From the NCBI GenBank assembly GCA_022821065.1, contig JAJEEK010000037.1:16642-80641 (forward strand): a stretch of 64,000 nucleotides of DNA, written 5' to 3'. The stretch's first letter is position 1; each line of letters begins with the position of its first letter. Positions 43,284-52,592 of the stretch are shown piece by piece. The translations under genes and the position numbers were made by a program. Under the pieces are notes generated by a model. The model had not been told where the DNA came from, ran no database searches, and saw nothing but the letters and a program-made list of their open reading frames with translations. The DNA is from Candidatus Poribacteria bacterium (GTDB lineage: Bacteria; Poribacteria; WGA-4E; WGA-3G).

Positions 43284-44715
43284 CGCTCGCTTTGGTTTGC
43301 TCAATTCTGTTTTGGAGTCCTGCGGACTGGTTATAGAGGTCCTCCGCTATATCCAAATGATCCTCTGGCTCTATACCTTCAACAAGGTCAAAGGGGAGTT
43401 CTGTGACCGGTTCGTTCTTATAGAATTGCCACGCGCCGACCTCTTCTTTTCTCAGGTAGTCTGCTGATTCACTTGTGGATTCTCCGAGCTTCTGCAATTC
43501 ACCTTCGCGGATTAGGTTTCCGATTTGTTGGAGGAGATAGTTGCTATGTGTTGTAATCAGGACGCGAACACCGGCTCTGACCAAACGGGCAAGGGTTTGC
43601 GCAATTTTGGTTTGTGCACCCGGATGTAGGTGAGATTCAGGTTCTTCAATGATGATCAAGTCCCCTGGTCCGATGATACCTTGCAGAAGATAAACTAAAG
43701 GTGCAAGTTCAGATACCATCGCCGAGGCGTGGCTCATCCGCAGTGTCTCTTTCCCTTGATCTGGACGGTATAGAAATTCCGAATACGCTTCTGGCGTGGA
43801 GCGTTTAACCTCTATTCTACCCTCCAACAGATCCGTCTCCAGTTGTTCAGCGGCGCGACGTATGCTGCTCGATGATGTGCCGATTTCCGTGTAACTGATG
43901 ACCCACTCCAGAAAATCCGCTATCATTCCGGAAAATGTAGATGATTCAAGGCGATCTAAACCGATGCGCGTCGTCCGCTTGATGAGAGAAAGTTTGATCA
44001 CACCGAGGCTTTGCATGATGCCGCTCCGAGCGGCAGGCAAGTAGTATGAATCCGAACTTCTCCACCGACGGGCATGTAAGGTCCGAAATAGACGTTCAAC
44101 ATCGGGTATCTCATGCAACTCAGTTTTACGCCTTGCGTCGTTTGGGGCGAGGAGAGTCATGTCTGGGTTGATATGCCCGGTTATAGTGGGTTTAGCGGAT
44201 CCAGCGGCTTGCATCTCAAAATCCCAATACTTTTGATTGCCTTCGCGAACCGACAGTGAAACTTTCATCGGGTTGTCTTGGCTGCCGGTGAATCGAATTA
44301 ACTTAGAAACAGTCTCAAAGTCGAAGCACCGTATAAGTTCGTCTGGGAAGCCTTCCTGATCTGTGAGTATAGACTGTGACCGAGTGGTTATCTGTTGGGG
44401 TAAATCAGAAAATTTAAACGGACGCTCAGGCGTGTTTAATTTTTCGAGTGCCTCTAATATGTCTTGTTCTAACGCCTCCCGCTGACTTTGTGGGTAACCG
44501 TCTCGCGAACGGTAAAGAAAACTAAAATGGGAAGCAACAAAGTCTGCCCAAGGAAATTGTGGGATACCCCCAAAATGTTTGTGTAATGCGTAGATGAGCG
44601 CGGCGAGATACGTCTTGCCGGTGTTACTCTCACCGACGAATACAGTCAGCGGACGCAGGTCTATCTCTGCCTTTTCTATGGGACCGAAGTTTTTTACTTT
44701 AATGTAGATGTCCAT
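43264..44715 (-). CDS. ABC/SMC-type (AAA_15/AAA_21-like) ATPase
   Basis: Walker A VGESNTGKTY, a long helical insert, Walker B/D-loop DLIIIEEPESHLHP and H-loop LITTHSNY. Start set at ATG 44715, preceded by AGGAGA. The longer track ORF would run through the promoter. Confidence 0.8.
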   Translation of the reverse strand: MDIYIKVKNFGPIEKAEIDLRPLTVFVGESNTGKTYLAALIYALHKHFGGIPQFPWADFVASHFSFLYRSRDGYPQSQREALEQDILEALEKLNTPERPFKFSDLPQQITTRSQSILTDQEGFPDELIRCFDFETVSKLIRFTGSQDNPMKVSLSVREGNQKYWDFEMQAAGSAKPTITGHINPDMTLLAPNDARRKTELHEIPDVERLFRTLHARRWRSSDSYYLPAARSGIMQSLGVIKLSLIKRTTRIGLDRLESSTFSGMIADFLEWVISYTEIGTSSSSIRRAAEQLETDLLEGRIEVKRSTPEAYSEFLYRPDQGKETLRMSHASAMVSELAPLVYLLQGIIGPGDLIIIEEPESHLHPGAQTKIAQTLARLVRAGVRVLITTHSNYLLQQIGNLIREGELQKLGESTSESADYLRKEEVGAWQFYKNEPVTELPFDLVEGIEPEDHLDIAEDLYNQSAGLQNRIEQTKASDAVESE

Positions 44716-44749
44716 TGTTTTTTCTCCTATTGGTAATGACTTCAAATCA

Positions 44750-44778
44750 ATTATATGCACATCTGCAATCAATTTCAA
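44750..44778 (-). promoter_or_regulatory. Consensus sigma-70 promoter of the ATPase/nuclease operon
   Basis: On the minus strand it reads TTGAAA, 17 nt spacer, TATAAT. It lies about 35 nt upstream of ATG 44715 and just downstream of the neighbouring gene's stop (44798). Confidence 0.5.
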
Positions 44779-44797
44779 GGAAAACAAGGGGTCATTG

Positions 44798-46504
44798 TTA
44801 TCTTATTCCTTGATTGTCTACAATTCCGTGTCCCTCTTTGATGCGGAGGATTTGGTTTGATTTTAGATTAGAAAACTGTTCTATGTGTCCGCTCTGCCAG
44901 TGGATTTCGAGGGTGTCGATTTCTGTCCGTTTCCCGAGTCCGAAATGGACGCGAAGATCGCTTTGCGATAGGTAACTTGCACCGCTGCGGACCTCTTTAT
45001 AAAGAGACAAATCCCGCGCCTTTAGGATTATCTTTGTTCCGATTCCCGATGCGTTGCTCTGTGTGCCAATCGGTTGGATTGTCAGCCAATGGTTACGATT
45101 GCCGCCTTCGTTGCGGAGGAGTGTTGGAGGTTGATTGGAGTTGTTGAGAAAGATATCGATATCGCCGTCGTTGTCGTAGTCGCCGAACGCTGCGCCGCGG
45201 CTAACCTTCTTAGACAGTTGTGCCAACCCGATTTCAGCGGAGGCATCCGTAAAGTGATAAGTGCCATCTTGTTGGCGCGCATTACGGAAAATCAAATCAA
45301 ATTGCGGATACGTGCTGTCTGAGAACAATGCGATGTTTTCTTGAAGATGTCCATTGGCAACAAAAAGGTCGAGAAGTCCATCGTTGTCGTAATCGAAGAA
45401 TTCGACTGCCCACTTAAAATAGGGGAGCGTCACTGCGCCAATTCCTGCTGTAAAAGAGACATCCGTAAAAAAAGCGGCACTTTCGTTTTGATAGAGGACC
45501 ACTGGCAGTGAAGAAGCATTGCTGACAACGAGATCCAGATAGCCATCGTTATCGTAATCACCGAATGCGCTGCCCATACCGCTTCCGGGAAACCCGTTCC
45601 CATCATAGCCTGTGCCGGTAAGGTCGGCAGCCTCAGTAAAGGTGCCATCGCCGTTGTTCCGGTAGAGAAAATCTGCTTCCATATCGTTGGCAATATGAAG
45701 GTCTGGGTAACCGTCGTTGTCATAATCGCCGATCGCGACAGCGAGACCGAGCGCGCGGTGTGAAATCCCAGAGGCTTCCGTGACATCCGTGAAAGTACCA
45801 TCGCCGTTATTGCGATAGAGGATGTCAGGTTCGCTGACAAAGTGGCTGCCAGCAATCTGATCCGTAGGGCTACAATAGGTTCTGATACCGCGCGTTTCCC
45901 ACCATTGGTTATCGTCAATAGAGAATTTCATGTAGTTAACGACGTATAGGTCAACATCTCCATCTACATCGTAATCGAGGAAAGCACAACTGGTTCCCCA
46001 GCGTTCATCACCGACCCCAGCCTGTTGTGTAATATCCGTAAAAGTGCCGTCTCCGTTGTTATGGTAGAGTGTGTTACGTCCGTAGTTGGTTACGTAAATT
46101 TCGGGGTAGCCGTCATTGTCAATATCCGCGGCGGCGCATCCGACACCGTAGCCGATGTCACCGACGCCTGCTTTGTCTGTAAAATCGGTAAAAGTGCCGT
46201 CCCCGTTGTTGTGATAGAGTGTATTTCGTGGGAGTTGTGCTTGTGATGTTTTTTCAGTGTTAGGCGTAGGCGGTGGGATAGACGTAGCGTTCACGACATA
46301 GAGATCGAGATGCGTATCGGCATTAAAGTCAAAAAAGAGTGCCCCGGATCCGAGGGTTTCTATGAGGAATTTTTCGCCGGTTCTGCCATCAACGTGTTGG
46401 AACGTGATACCTGCGATGGCAGTCGCATCAACAAATTTGACTTCGGCAGTCGCAGAAGTCATCAGAATGAAGAAGAGGGGAATGCAACAACAGAGGCATC
46501 TCAT
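44798..46504 (-). CDS. FG-GAP/VCBS-repeat protein with C-terminal ASPIC/UnbV domain (CRTAC1 family)
   Basis: The motif YHNNGDGTFTD recurs, with DxDxDG Ca-binding-like loops (DYDNDGYPD). The C-terminal GIGTKIILKA...VRSGASYLSQSDLRVHFGLG is ASPIC/UnbV-like. A signal peptide is present. Confidence 0.85.
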   Translation of the reverse strand: MRCLCCCIPLFFILMTSATAEVKFVDATAIAGITFQHVDGRTGEKFLIETLGSGALFFDFNADTHLDLYVVNATSIPPPTPNTEKTSQAQLPRNTLYHNNGDGTFTDFTDKAGVGDIGYGVGCAAADIDNDGYPEIYVTNYGRNTLYHNNGDGTFTDITQQAGVGDERWGTSCAFLDYDVDGDVDLYVVNYMKFSIDDNQWWETRGIRTYCSPTDQIAGSHFVSEPDILYRNNGDGTFTDVTEASGISHRALGLAVAIGDYDNDGYPDLHIANDMEADFLYRNNGDGTFTEAADLTGTGYDGNGFPGSGMGSAFGDYDNDGYLDLVVSNASSLPVVLYQNESAAFFTDVSFTAGIGAVTLPYFKWAVEFFDYDNDGLLDLFVANGHLQENIALFSDSTYPQFDLIFRNARQQDGTYHFTDASAEIGLAQLSKKVSRGAAFGDYDNDGDIDIFLNNSNQPPTLLRNEGGNRNHWLTIQPIGTQSNASGIGTKIILKARDLSLYKEVRSGASYLSQSDLRVHFGLGKRTEIDTLEIHWQSGHIEQFSNLKSNQILRIKEGHGIVDNQGIR

Positions 46505-47643
46505 TGTTCGTCGGCGTACGCTTTCTGTTTTTCGCGGGCATGCTGTGCCTCATCTTGTAATCCGAGTGTGTCACAGATTTCGGAGAGCGTATCCCAATAA
46601 TTCGCATCTGTGGGAGCCAGACGGACAGCTGTCCGTGCGTGGAAGAGAGCCTTGTCCAAATTTGTCTTCAATTCTGTATAGCAGACTGCGATATTATTAT
46701 GTGCGATTGCGAGGTCTGTATCAACAGCGAGTGCCTGCTGATACGCTGCGATAGCGGATTCAATTTTCCCTTGCTTGTGGTATGCATGTCCTAAGTTGTA
46801 GTGTGCAGTTGCTAAGTCGGGTGCGAGAGAGATCGCGTGTTTATAGTTCGCAACGGCATCAGCAAAACGGCGGCGAGCGAGGTAGACGATACCGAGGTTA
46901 TTGTAGCCTCTCGCGTCATCAGGATGCTTTTTGACCCACATTTCGGCTTTCTCAAGGAGTGGATCCGTTTGGCTGAGGGTTTTAAAAAACGCCATCGCCG
47001 ATGCGGCTTTCTCTTTTTTACCGAGTTTGATGTAAATCTGGGCGAGTTGATAGTATGCCTCCGTATTGTCCACCTGAATTTCAATCGCTTTCTGAATAGT
47101 GGTGGTTGCCGTATCTAAGTGTCCCTGCTTTGCGTAGGTTTTACCTAACCCTAAAACGGGAGCGGCATCTTTCGGATTAAGGCGTATGGCATCTTTGTAG
47201 GCGCGTGCGGCGTCTTCAAAATTGCCCTGTTTCAAGTGGATTTCAGCAAGTCCGGTGTACGGATCACCCCATTTAGGGTCTGTGGTGATAGCGTGTTTAA
47301 ACGCCTCGGCGGCGCGAGGGAGGTCACCCTGTTTGAGGTAAACCAAGCCGATGTTATAATGGGGTTCAGCCGCCATAGGAGACAACGCGAGTGCCTTCCG
47401 GTAAGCGTCGAGTGCGGCATCGTATTGCTTTAATTCGGAATAGGCAACACCGAGTTTGTTGTAGAGGATCGGGGAATTTGGGTCAAGTGCGATGGCTTTC
47501 TTGTATTCGGCGACAGCCTGCTCGAATTCGCCTTGTGTATGGTAGGTGGTGGCACTTTTGTAATACTTTTCAGAAGGTGTATCGGATAAAGTGGTATATG
47601 AAAAAGAAACGAGGAAGATCAATATGGTGGGATATTTTAGCAT
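46501..47643 (-). CDS. TPR-repeat protein (secreted), co-transcribed with the CRTAC1-like gene
   Basis: It has about 9 TPR units (A..Y..A...P....A.YNLG). The N-terminal signal is MLKYPTILIFLVSFSY. The start is preceded by GGAGGA. A 4-nt overlap joins it to the downstream gene. Confidence 0.75.
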   Translation of the reverse strand: MLKYPTILIFLVSFSYTTLSDTPSEKYYKSATTYHTQGEFEQAVAEYKKAIALDPNSPILYNKLGVAYSELKQYDAALDAYRKALALSPMAAEPHYNIGLVYLKQGDLPRAAEAFKHAITTDPKWGDPYTGLAEIHLKQGNFEDAARAYKDAIRLNPKDAAPVLGLGKTYAKQGHLDTATTTIQKAIEIQVDNTEAYYQLAQIYIKLGKKEKAASAMAFFKTLSQTDPLLEKAEMWVKKHPDDARGYNNLGIVYLARRRFADAVANYKHAISLAPDLATAHYNLGHAYHKQGKIESAIAAYQQALAVDTDLAIAHNNIAVCYTELKTNLDKALFHARTAVRLAPTDANYWDTLSEICDTLGLQDEAQHAREKQKAYADEQ

Positions 47644-47757
47644 ACGCTTTCCTCCAATGTAAGGACAGCGTTTGCACCGCCCTATAGTCTGTTGCGTTAG
47701 AGTCAGCGCGTTTTTCAATTTTAAGTCGCGTTAGATACAGTCTATAAAAATTCCAGT

Positions 47758-48051
47758 TTATTGGATAAAATTTTCGCGCTTGAGAAGCAGCGTAAGCATC
47801 TCTTTGATTTCGGTGTATCGTGCTGCTAAAATATTGAACTCTTGTCGAATATCTTGATTCTCTTTCGTGAGTCTATCCACTTCTTTTGTGAATCTATCCA
47901 CTTCCGCTTGTAGTCTTCCATTTTCCGCTTGTAATCTTCCATTTTCTCGCTCAAGGATAGCGATTCTTCGGAAGAGCCAAGCGAATCCGATGATTCCGAT
48001 GCTTACGATGCCTATATCAATAACAGTGATTCCAAACCAACTGAAATCCAT
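47758..48051 (-). CDS. Small membrane-anchored coiled-coil protein
   Basis: The anchor MDFSWFGITVIDIGIVSIGIIGFAWLF is followed by heptad-like ENGRLQAENGRLQAEVDRFTKEVDRLTKE. Start inferred, because the longer ORF would overlap the LamG gene. Confidence 0.4.
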   Translation of the reverse strand: MDFSWFGITVIDIGIVSIGIIGFAWLFRRIAILERENGRLQAENGRLQAEVDRFTKEVDRLTKENQDIRQEFNILAARYTEIKEMLTLLLKRENFIQ

Positions 48052-48126
48052 TTTGGTTTCCTTATAATAGGATATATGCGATGTGATGTGCTGGTTTTCT
48101 GTCCGGTTCAAATCGATAAGTTTTTC

Positions 48127-48147
48127 GGGACGAGGCAACCTCGTCCC
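48127..48147. repeat. Perfect 9 bp hairpin GGGACGAGG-CAA-CCTCGTCCC downstream of the LamG gene stop
   Basis: It lies 26 nt past the stop at 48173 on the minus strand. It belongs to the same hairpin family as 39086-39104. There is no U-tract on the transcribed strand. Confidence 0.35.
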
Positions 48148-48172
48148 TACGAAGAACAGTCTGGATAAAGGG

Positions 48173-48949
48173 TCAGTCGCGATCAGTTTTAATGCTCGCC
48201 CATGTTGTTGCAAGTTTCTCTGCGGGTTCCACCGGTAGAAAATCACCGCTCATAATTTCGTTGACTTCTGCTTCAGTGATGATTCGATTGAAGACAAATA
48301 CCTCGTCAATGACACCGGTGAAAAATTCCTCGCCGGGGTGTCGTGCACCGACCATAACGGAACCGTCAATTTCATCAACGGGTGGAGGTTTGGCACCGCC
48401 CCCTGCTTTTTTTCCGTCGTTGTAGATAACGATTTCGGAGTCTGTGTCGTGGGTCACCGTGAGGTGTACCCAATCTTCGGGTTGGATGTCGTCACTAACG
48501 GCTTTTTGTGCCCAACCCCCACCGGATGTCGACCAGAAATAAGTTTTGCTGTCCCCTCTGTTTAAAATTGATGCCCACTTCAAGGTCCCTGCTGTCACCA
48601 TGTAATTCCAATCCCGAATTTGGGTATCGCCACGCTTAACCCAGAAAGCGATCGAGAATTGCTCTCTTAATTGCAAAGTATCATTGATAGGTACCTTTAC
48701 ATGCTGTTGCTTCGTTCCATCAAACTCTAACGCTTTGCCGAACTGTCCATCTACCCATGTTGGACTTTTGATAAGCTCGCCATCGTGGCCATGCAGGGAA
48801 CTGTCTGCAGCATTATCACCTTTTCCTTCATCAAAAGAGAGATACAAAACGAGGGATTCGTCATCGAGTCCTGCATACAAAGCAGTTGTGAGTGAGAACA
48901 GGACGCATATAGCGACAAGCCCGCGTATAACTTGTTCAAATTTGAGCAC
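48173..48949 (-). CDS. Secreted LamG (concanavalin A-like lectin/glucanase) domain protein
   Basis: LVLYLSFDEGKGDNAADSS..HGHDG, FGKALEFDG, WVHLTVTHD and IDEVFVFNRIITEAEV are Laminin_G_3-like. The GTG start at 48949 lies 7 nt behind AAGGAGG and yields the signal peptide LKFEQVIRGLVAICVLFSLTTALYA. Confidence 0.7.
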   Translation of the reverse strand: MLKFEQVIRGLVAICVLFSLTTALYAGLDDESLVLYLSFDEGKGDNAADSSLHGHDGELIKSPTWVDGQFGKALEFDGTKQQHVKVPINDTLQLREQFSIAFWVKRGDTQIRDWNYMVTAGTLKWASILNRGDSKTYFWSTSGGGWAQKAVSDDIQPEDWVHLTVTHDTDSEIVIYNDGKKAGGGAKPPPVDEIDGSVMVGARHPGEEFFTGVIDEVFVFNRIITEAEVNEIMSGDFLPVEPAEKLATTWASIKTDRD

Positions 48950-49110
48950 AGTGCGTTCCTCCTTGTTAAGAGTTGTCAGCAGTCGGTTGTCAGTTGTTGA
49001 ACTTGTGGCAAGTATCTTTGTTGTTACTGCCACTGGTCGTTACTGACGGCTGAAGGTTAATAACTTAATATGCTGGCAGCCGATGGTTTCCGATGGCTGA
49101 CGGCTTCTTT

Positions 49111-50877
49111 TTAGCAGGCACCACATTTCTTACAGACGGTCGTATCGCATTCACTGGTCATAAACCCTTTTTCGTGTTTGTTGAATTCAAGTTGTAGGAA
49201 TTGGGGTTTAACGTTTAGGTCAAGGTGGTCCCACGGGTTGACTTCATGGAGTGGACGTTGGCGCGTAGCGTAAAAGTGTGGCATTAACCCGTGTTTTCGG
49301 AAGGCTTGGTTCCATGATGCGCCGTTTGCGAGTTCCAAGATAACTTTTCCGAGCCGTCGGTCGCCGCGTGCGAAGGCGGCTTCTTGGTGTGCGAGTCTGG
49401 CACTTGCAGAGCCGACTTTTATACTGCCGAGTTGGTTAATTTCACGTTTAAGAAAATTGAGTTTCCGAGAGATGGTTTTCGGAGGTTCCATCGCTACCCA
49501 TTGGAAAGGTGTATGCGGTTTTGGCACCATCGGTGAAATCGTGAAACTGATACGTGCGATTCTTCCGGTTCGTTTTGCGTGTGGGAGTACGATGGTGCGC
49601 ATCTCCTTTGCCATATCAACGATAGCTTGGACATCTTGCGGTGTTTCGTGTGGCACACCGATCAGAAAATAGAGTCGCAGGTTGAGGATATCCCGCTTCA
49701 ATGCTTCTTCAAAAATGTAATAGAGTCGCTCGCGGGGAATTGCTTTATTGACGACCTTCTGAAGGTCTTCAGTGGCGACTTCAGGTGCTATAGTAATGGT
49801 GCCTTGTTCGCTGTCTGCGAGTGCATCGAGTAGTGGGGCGCGGACGGTTTCGGCACGGAGTGAGGCGCAAGAGATGCGGAACCCGCGTGCAACGAGTCCT
49901 GATGCGATTTCATCAATTTGTGGATGGTCAGAGATAGAAGCACCAACCAGTCCGATCCTGTCCGTAATCCCGCGTGCGCGCTCAGCGAGTGTAAGTGTGC
50001 TTTCTACAGAACGGTGTCGGGGCCATCGACGGGCATAGTCGGCGACGCAAAAACGGCATTGCCTACCACATCCGCGCACGATTTCGATGAGGTGTGCGTT
50101 CGCGAATTCAGTATTCGGTGTGTGAATGTGTGTACAAGTTTCGACATCGTCGAGTTTTGGGACGGCACCGGCACGAATACGCGGGGGTATACCCGGTTTT
50201 GGCGTAACTGCATTGATAGTGCCGTCATCGCGATAGGTTACGTCGTAAAAACTCGGTACATAAAGCCCTGGAACAGTCGCCAATGTTTCGAGTAACGCAT
50301 GCTTTGCGGCGCGAGCCTTCTTCCATTCGTTAAAGTGATCCATGAGTTGATGGATGGTATGTTCGGCTTCTCCAACAACGAAAACATCAACGAAATCAGT
50401 GATCGGTTCTGGGTTGTAAGAGATATTGATACCGCCTGCGATGACAAGGGGGTCCCATTCTGTCCGTTTTTCGGCAAGCGGTGGTATATTCGCAAGCTGC
50501 AAGGTACGCGGGATGTTCACATAATCGGATTCAAAGGAGACTGAAAACCCGATGACATCAAACTGGTTAAGTGGGGTTTGCGTTTCGAAGGAGAAAAGCG
50601 GTTTTTGCTGAGTGATAAGTTTCTGAATATAATTAGATTCTGGGACAAAAACACGCTCACAAGCGGTATCCGCTCGGCTGTTGAGAATAGAATGGATCAC
50701 CTGAACGCCGAGACTTGACATGCCAAGTTCGTAGGTGCTCGGATAGACAAGTGCGAACCTGTTAGGTTTTCTGAAATTATTCTGCGCACCGTGTTCCTGA
50801 CTGTGCAGGTGTTGGTAGTGTTGACGTAAGTTGAGCATTGTTTTGAGTATTACTAAAGTGTGCCTTGAGCGAGGCAC
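49111..50877 (-). CDS. B12-binding-domain radical SAM protein
   Basis: The radical SAM cluster motif is RGCGRQCRFC (CxxxCxxC). An N-terminal Rossmann-like B12-binding region precedes it. The start codon is uncertain (GTG at 50877 or ATG at 50838). Confidence 0.75.
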   Translation of the reverse strand: MPRSRHTLVILKTMLNLRQHYQHLHSQEHGAQNNFRKPNRFALVYPSTYELGMSSLGVQVIHSILNSRADTACERVFVPESNYIQKLITQQKPLFSFETQTPLNQFDVIGFSVSFESDYVNIPRTLQLANIPPLAEKRTEWDPLVIAGGINISYNPEPITDFVDVFVVGEAEHTIHQLMDHFNEWKKARAAKHALLETLATVPGLYVPSFYDVTYRDDGTINAVTPKPGIPPRIRAGAVPKLDDVETCTHIHTPNTEFANAHLIEIVRGCGRQCRFCVADYARRWPRHRSVESTLTLAERARGITDRIGLVGASISDHPQIDEIASGLVARGFRISCASLRAETVRAPLLDALADSEQGTITIAPEVATEDLQKVVNKAIPRERLYYIFEEALKRDILNLRLYFLIGVPHETPQDVQAIVDMAKEMRTIVLPHAKRTGRIARISFTISPMVPKPHTPFQWVAMEPPKTISRKLNFLKREINQLGSIKVGSASARLAHQEAAFARGDRRLGKVILELANGASWNQAFRKHGLMPHFYATRQRPLHEVNPWDHLDLNVKPQFLQLEFNKHEKGFMTSECDTTVCKKCGAC

Positions 50878-50950
50878 CTACGAGCTATAAAAGGGTGTGG
50901 CGCGCTTAACCAACGCGCCAGTGGCGAAAAATATGTGAAAACGAACCGAA

Positions 50951-50978
50951 CCCTTTGTGTTATAAAAACACAAATGGG
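50951..50978 (-). terminator. Rho-independent terminator after ftsZ (end of dcw cluster)
   Basis: An 11 bp stem (CCCTTTGTGTT / AACACAAA(T)GGG) closes a 5-nt loop. On the minus strand it is followed by the T-rich TTCGGTTCGTTTTCACATATTTTT. Confidence 0.55.
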
Positions 50979-51069
50979 TTTCAAACCAAGTTCTGAGATT
51001 TCAAACAAGAAATTTCAGTCGTTTTTATGATAAAAAGCGTATATGATAGGAGACAGATAGCGTTGATAC

Positions 51070-52392
51070 CTATTTATCGTTCCGGTTTTTTGAGTTGACG
51101 CGCAAAAAAGCCGGAATTTCCCAATCTGTGTCGCGCCGTCGTGCGCTTTGCTCTCGTCCTCTGGCAGGTCTCCGTCCTCTACCTTGTGGCTCATGCTCTT
51201 CGTCTTCAGCAGGTTCGGGATTGGGTTCTGGTGCGTGTGTCGATGTGTTCGTTCTACGAGCGGGTGCTCTACCGCCTCCGGGCCGGGATCTGCCGCCGCC
51301 TGCTGTACGTTGTTCGGCTGGCGTCGATGGTTGTCTTTGATAAACATCTGCGTCATCGTATCGCGAGGTTCTGCCGCCACTGCTAGCCCGTGGGGATCCA
51401 GTTCCCAGTGCGTATCTATTATCGGCAATAGTATCGAATCCGGTGGCGATGACAGTTACGAGGACTTCATCATCGAGTTCCAATTCATCTTTGTAAACGA
51501 GACCAAAGATGATTTGTGCGTCTGGTGCGGTGTCTTTAATAACCTGCATTGCCTCGTCAAGTTCATACATCATAAAATCAGGGGGTGCGGTAATGTTAAC
51601 GATCATACCGACAGCCCCGGCGATGTTGGTCTGTTCGAGGAGTGGCGAACTGATGGCTTGTTCTGCGGCGATGTGTGCTCGGTTATCGCCAGTTGCGTGT
51701 CCCATTCCCATCAATGCGCTTCCAGCATTTCGCATGATGGACTCAACATCCGCGAAATCAACGTTAATTTCGCCGGATTCGGTAACGATGTCAGAGATAC
51801 TTTTGACGCCGTGTAGTAGGATCTGGTCTCCCATACGAAAAGCCTCTCGTATCGGAAGTTTTCTGTCCATTGTATCGATGAGCCGTTGGTTCGGGACGAC
51901 GATCACAGAATCAGCGGCTTCACGGAGTTCTTGAAGTCCGGCTTCGGCGGATGCTGCGCGGCGTTGTCCTTCAAAGTCAAATGGACGCGTAACAACACCG
52001 ATCGTCAGTGCGCCGGATTCGCAGGCAAGCGAAGCGATGAGGGGTGCTGCCCCGGTTCCGGTTCCGCCCCCCATACCTGCTGTAATGAAGACCATGTTTG
52101 CGTTTTCAACAATCGCCTGAAGTTGTTCTCTATCCTCTTCAGCGGCTTTCCTGCCGATTTCAGGGTTTGCTCCGGATCCCAAACCTTCGGTTGTATTATA
52201 GCCGATCTGGATTTGGGTTGCCCCGAGACAGGTCAATAGTGCTTGTTGATCGGTATTAACGGCATAAAATTCTATACCGGTGAGTCCGGCTTCAATCATA
52301 CGTTTAACTGCATTTCCACCTGCTCCACCGACTCCGATGACTTTAATCCGTGCGCGTAAATTTTCAAATTCTTCTTGTTCAAATTCTATCAT
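51070..52392 (-). CDS. ftsZ: Cell division GTPase FtsZ
   Basis: It has [14 protein letters not shown] and the tubulin signature [11 protein letters not shown] long R/G/P-rich linker leads to the C-terminal peptide DWEIPAFLR. Confidence 0.97.
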   Translation of the reverse strand: MIEFEQEEFENLRARIKVIGVGGAGGNAVKRMIEAGLTGIEFYAVNTDQQALLTCLGATQIQIGYNTTEGLGSGANPEIGRKAAEEDREQLQAIVENANMVFITAGMGGGTGTGAAPLIASLACESGALTIGVVTRPFDFEGQRRAASAEAGLQELREAADSVIVVPNQRLIDTMDRKLPIREAFRMGDQILLHGVKSISDIVTESGEINVDFADVESIMRNAGSALMGMGHATGDNRAHIAAEQAISSPLLEQTNIAGAVGMIVNITAPPDFMMYELDEAMQVIKDTAPDAQIIFGLVYKDELELDDEVLVTVIATGFDTIADNRYALGTGSPRASSGGRTSRYDDADVYQRQPSTPAEQRTAGGGRSRPGGGRAPARRTNTSTHAPEPNPEPAEDEEHEPQGRGRRPARGREQSARRRDTDWEIPAFLRVNSKNRNDK

Positions 52393-52512
52393 ATTGGATT
52401 TCAGTTACCATAAGATGGACATAGCAACCTAATTCCTCCTATCATCAATATAGCCTCAATCTCCAGACCGAGGTTCCTTCATAACTGATGTTGGTTCGCG
52501 TTTTCACATTAA

Positions 52513-52541
52513 ATTATACGCTATAAGCAAGTTTAAGTCAA
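52513..52541 (-). promoter_or_regulatory. Consensus sigma-70 promoter in the ftsA-ftsZ spacer
   Basis: On the minus strand it reads TTGACT, 17 nt spacer, TATAAT. It lies about 120 nt upstream of the ftsZ ATG. Confidence 0.5.
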
Positions 52542-52592
52542 ATATTCCTGCCCGTCTCATTTGGATGGGATATAACGGTTCGCGCAATAGGT

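Noticed and set aside
43264-44787. The full-length 507 aa track ORF for the ATPase, and similar long N-terminal extensions for coaD, recX, larB, FRG-TPR, the TPR at 46501, LamG, murC, ftsW and the NTase-like gene.
   Set aside because: In each case an internal start has a much better Shine-Dalgarno and/or removes an overlap with the upstream gene or promoter. The extensions lack family-conserved sequence.
51095-52239. Several plus-strand ORFs of 80-220 aa (51148-51816, 51509-51934, 51886-52239) and the minus-strand ORF 51015-51428, all overlapping ftsZ.
   Set aside because: The ftsZ frame carries unambiguous tubulin/FtsZ motifs along its whole length. The alternative frames are Arg/Cys/Ser-rich artefacts of the GC-rich linker region.
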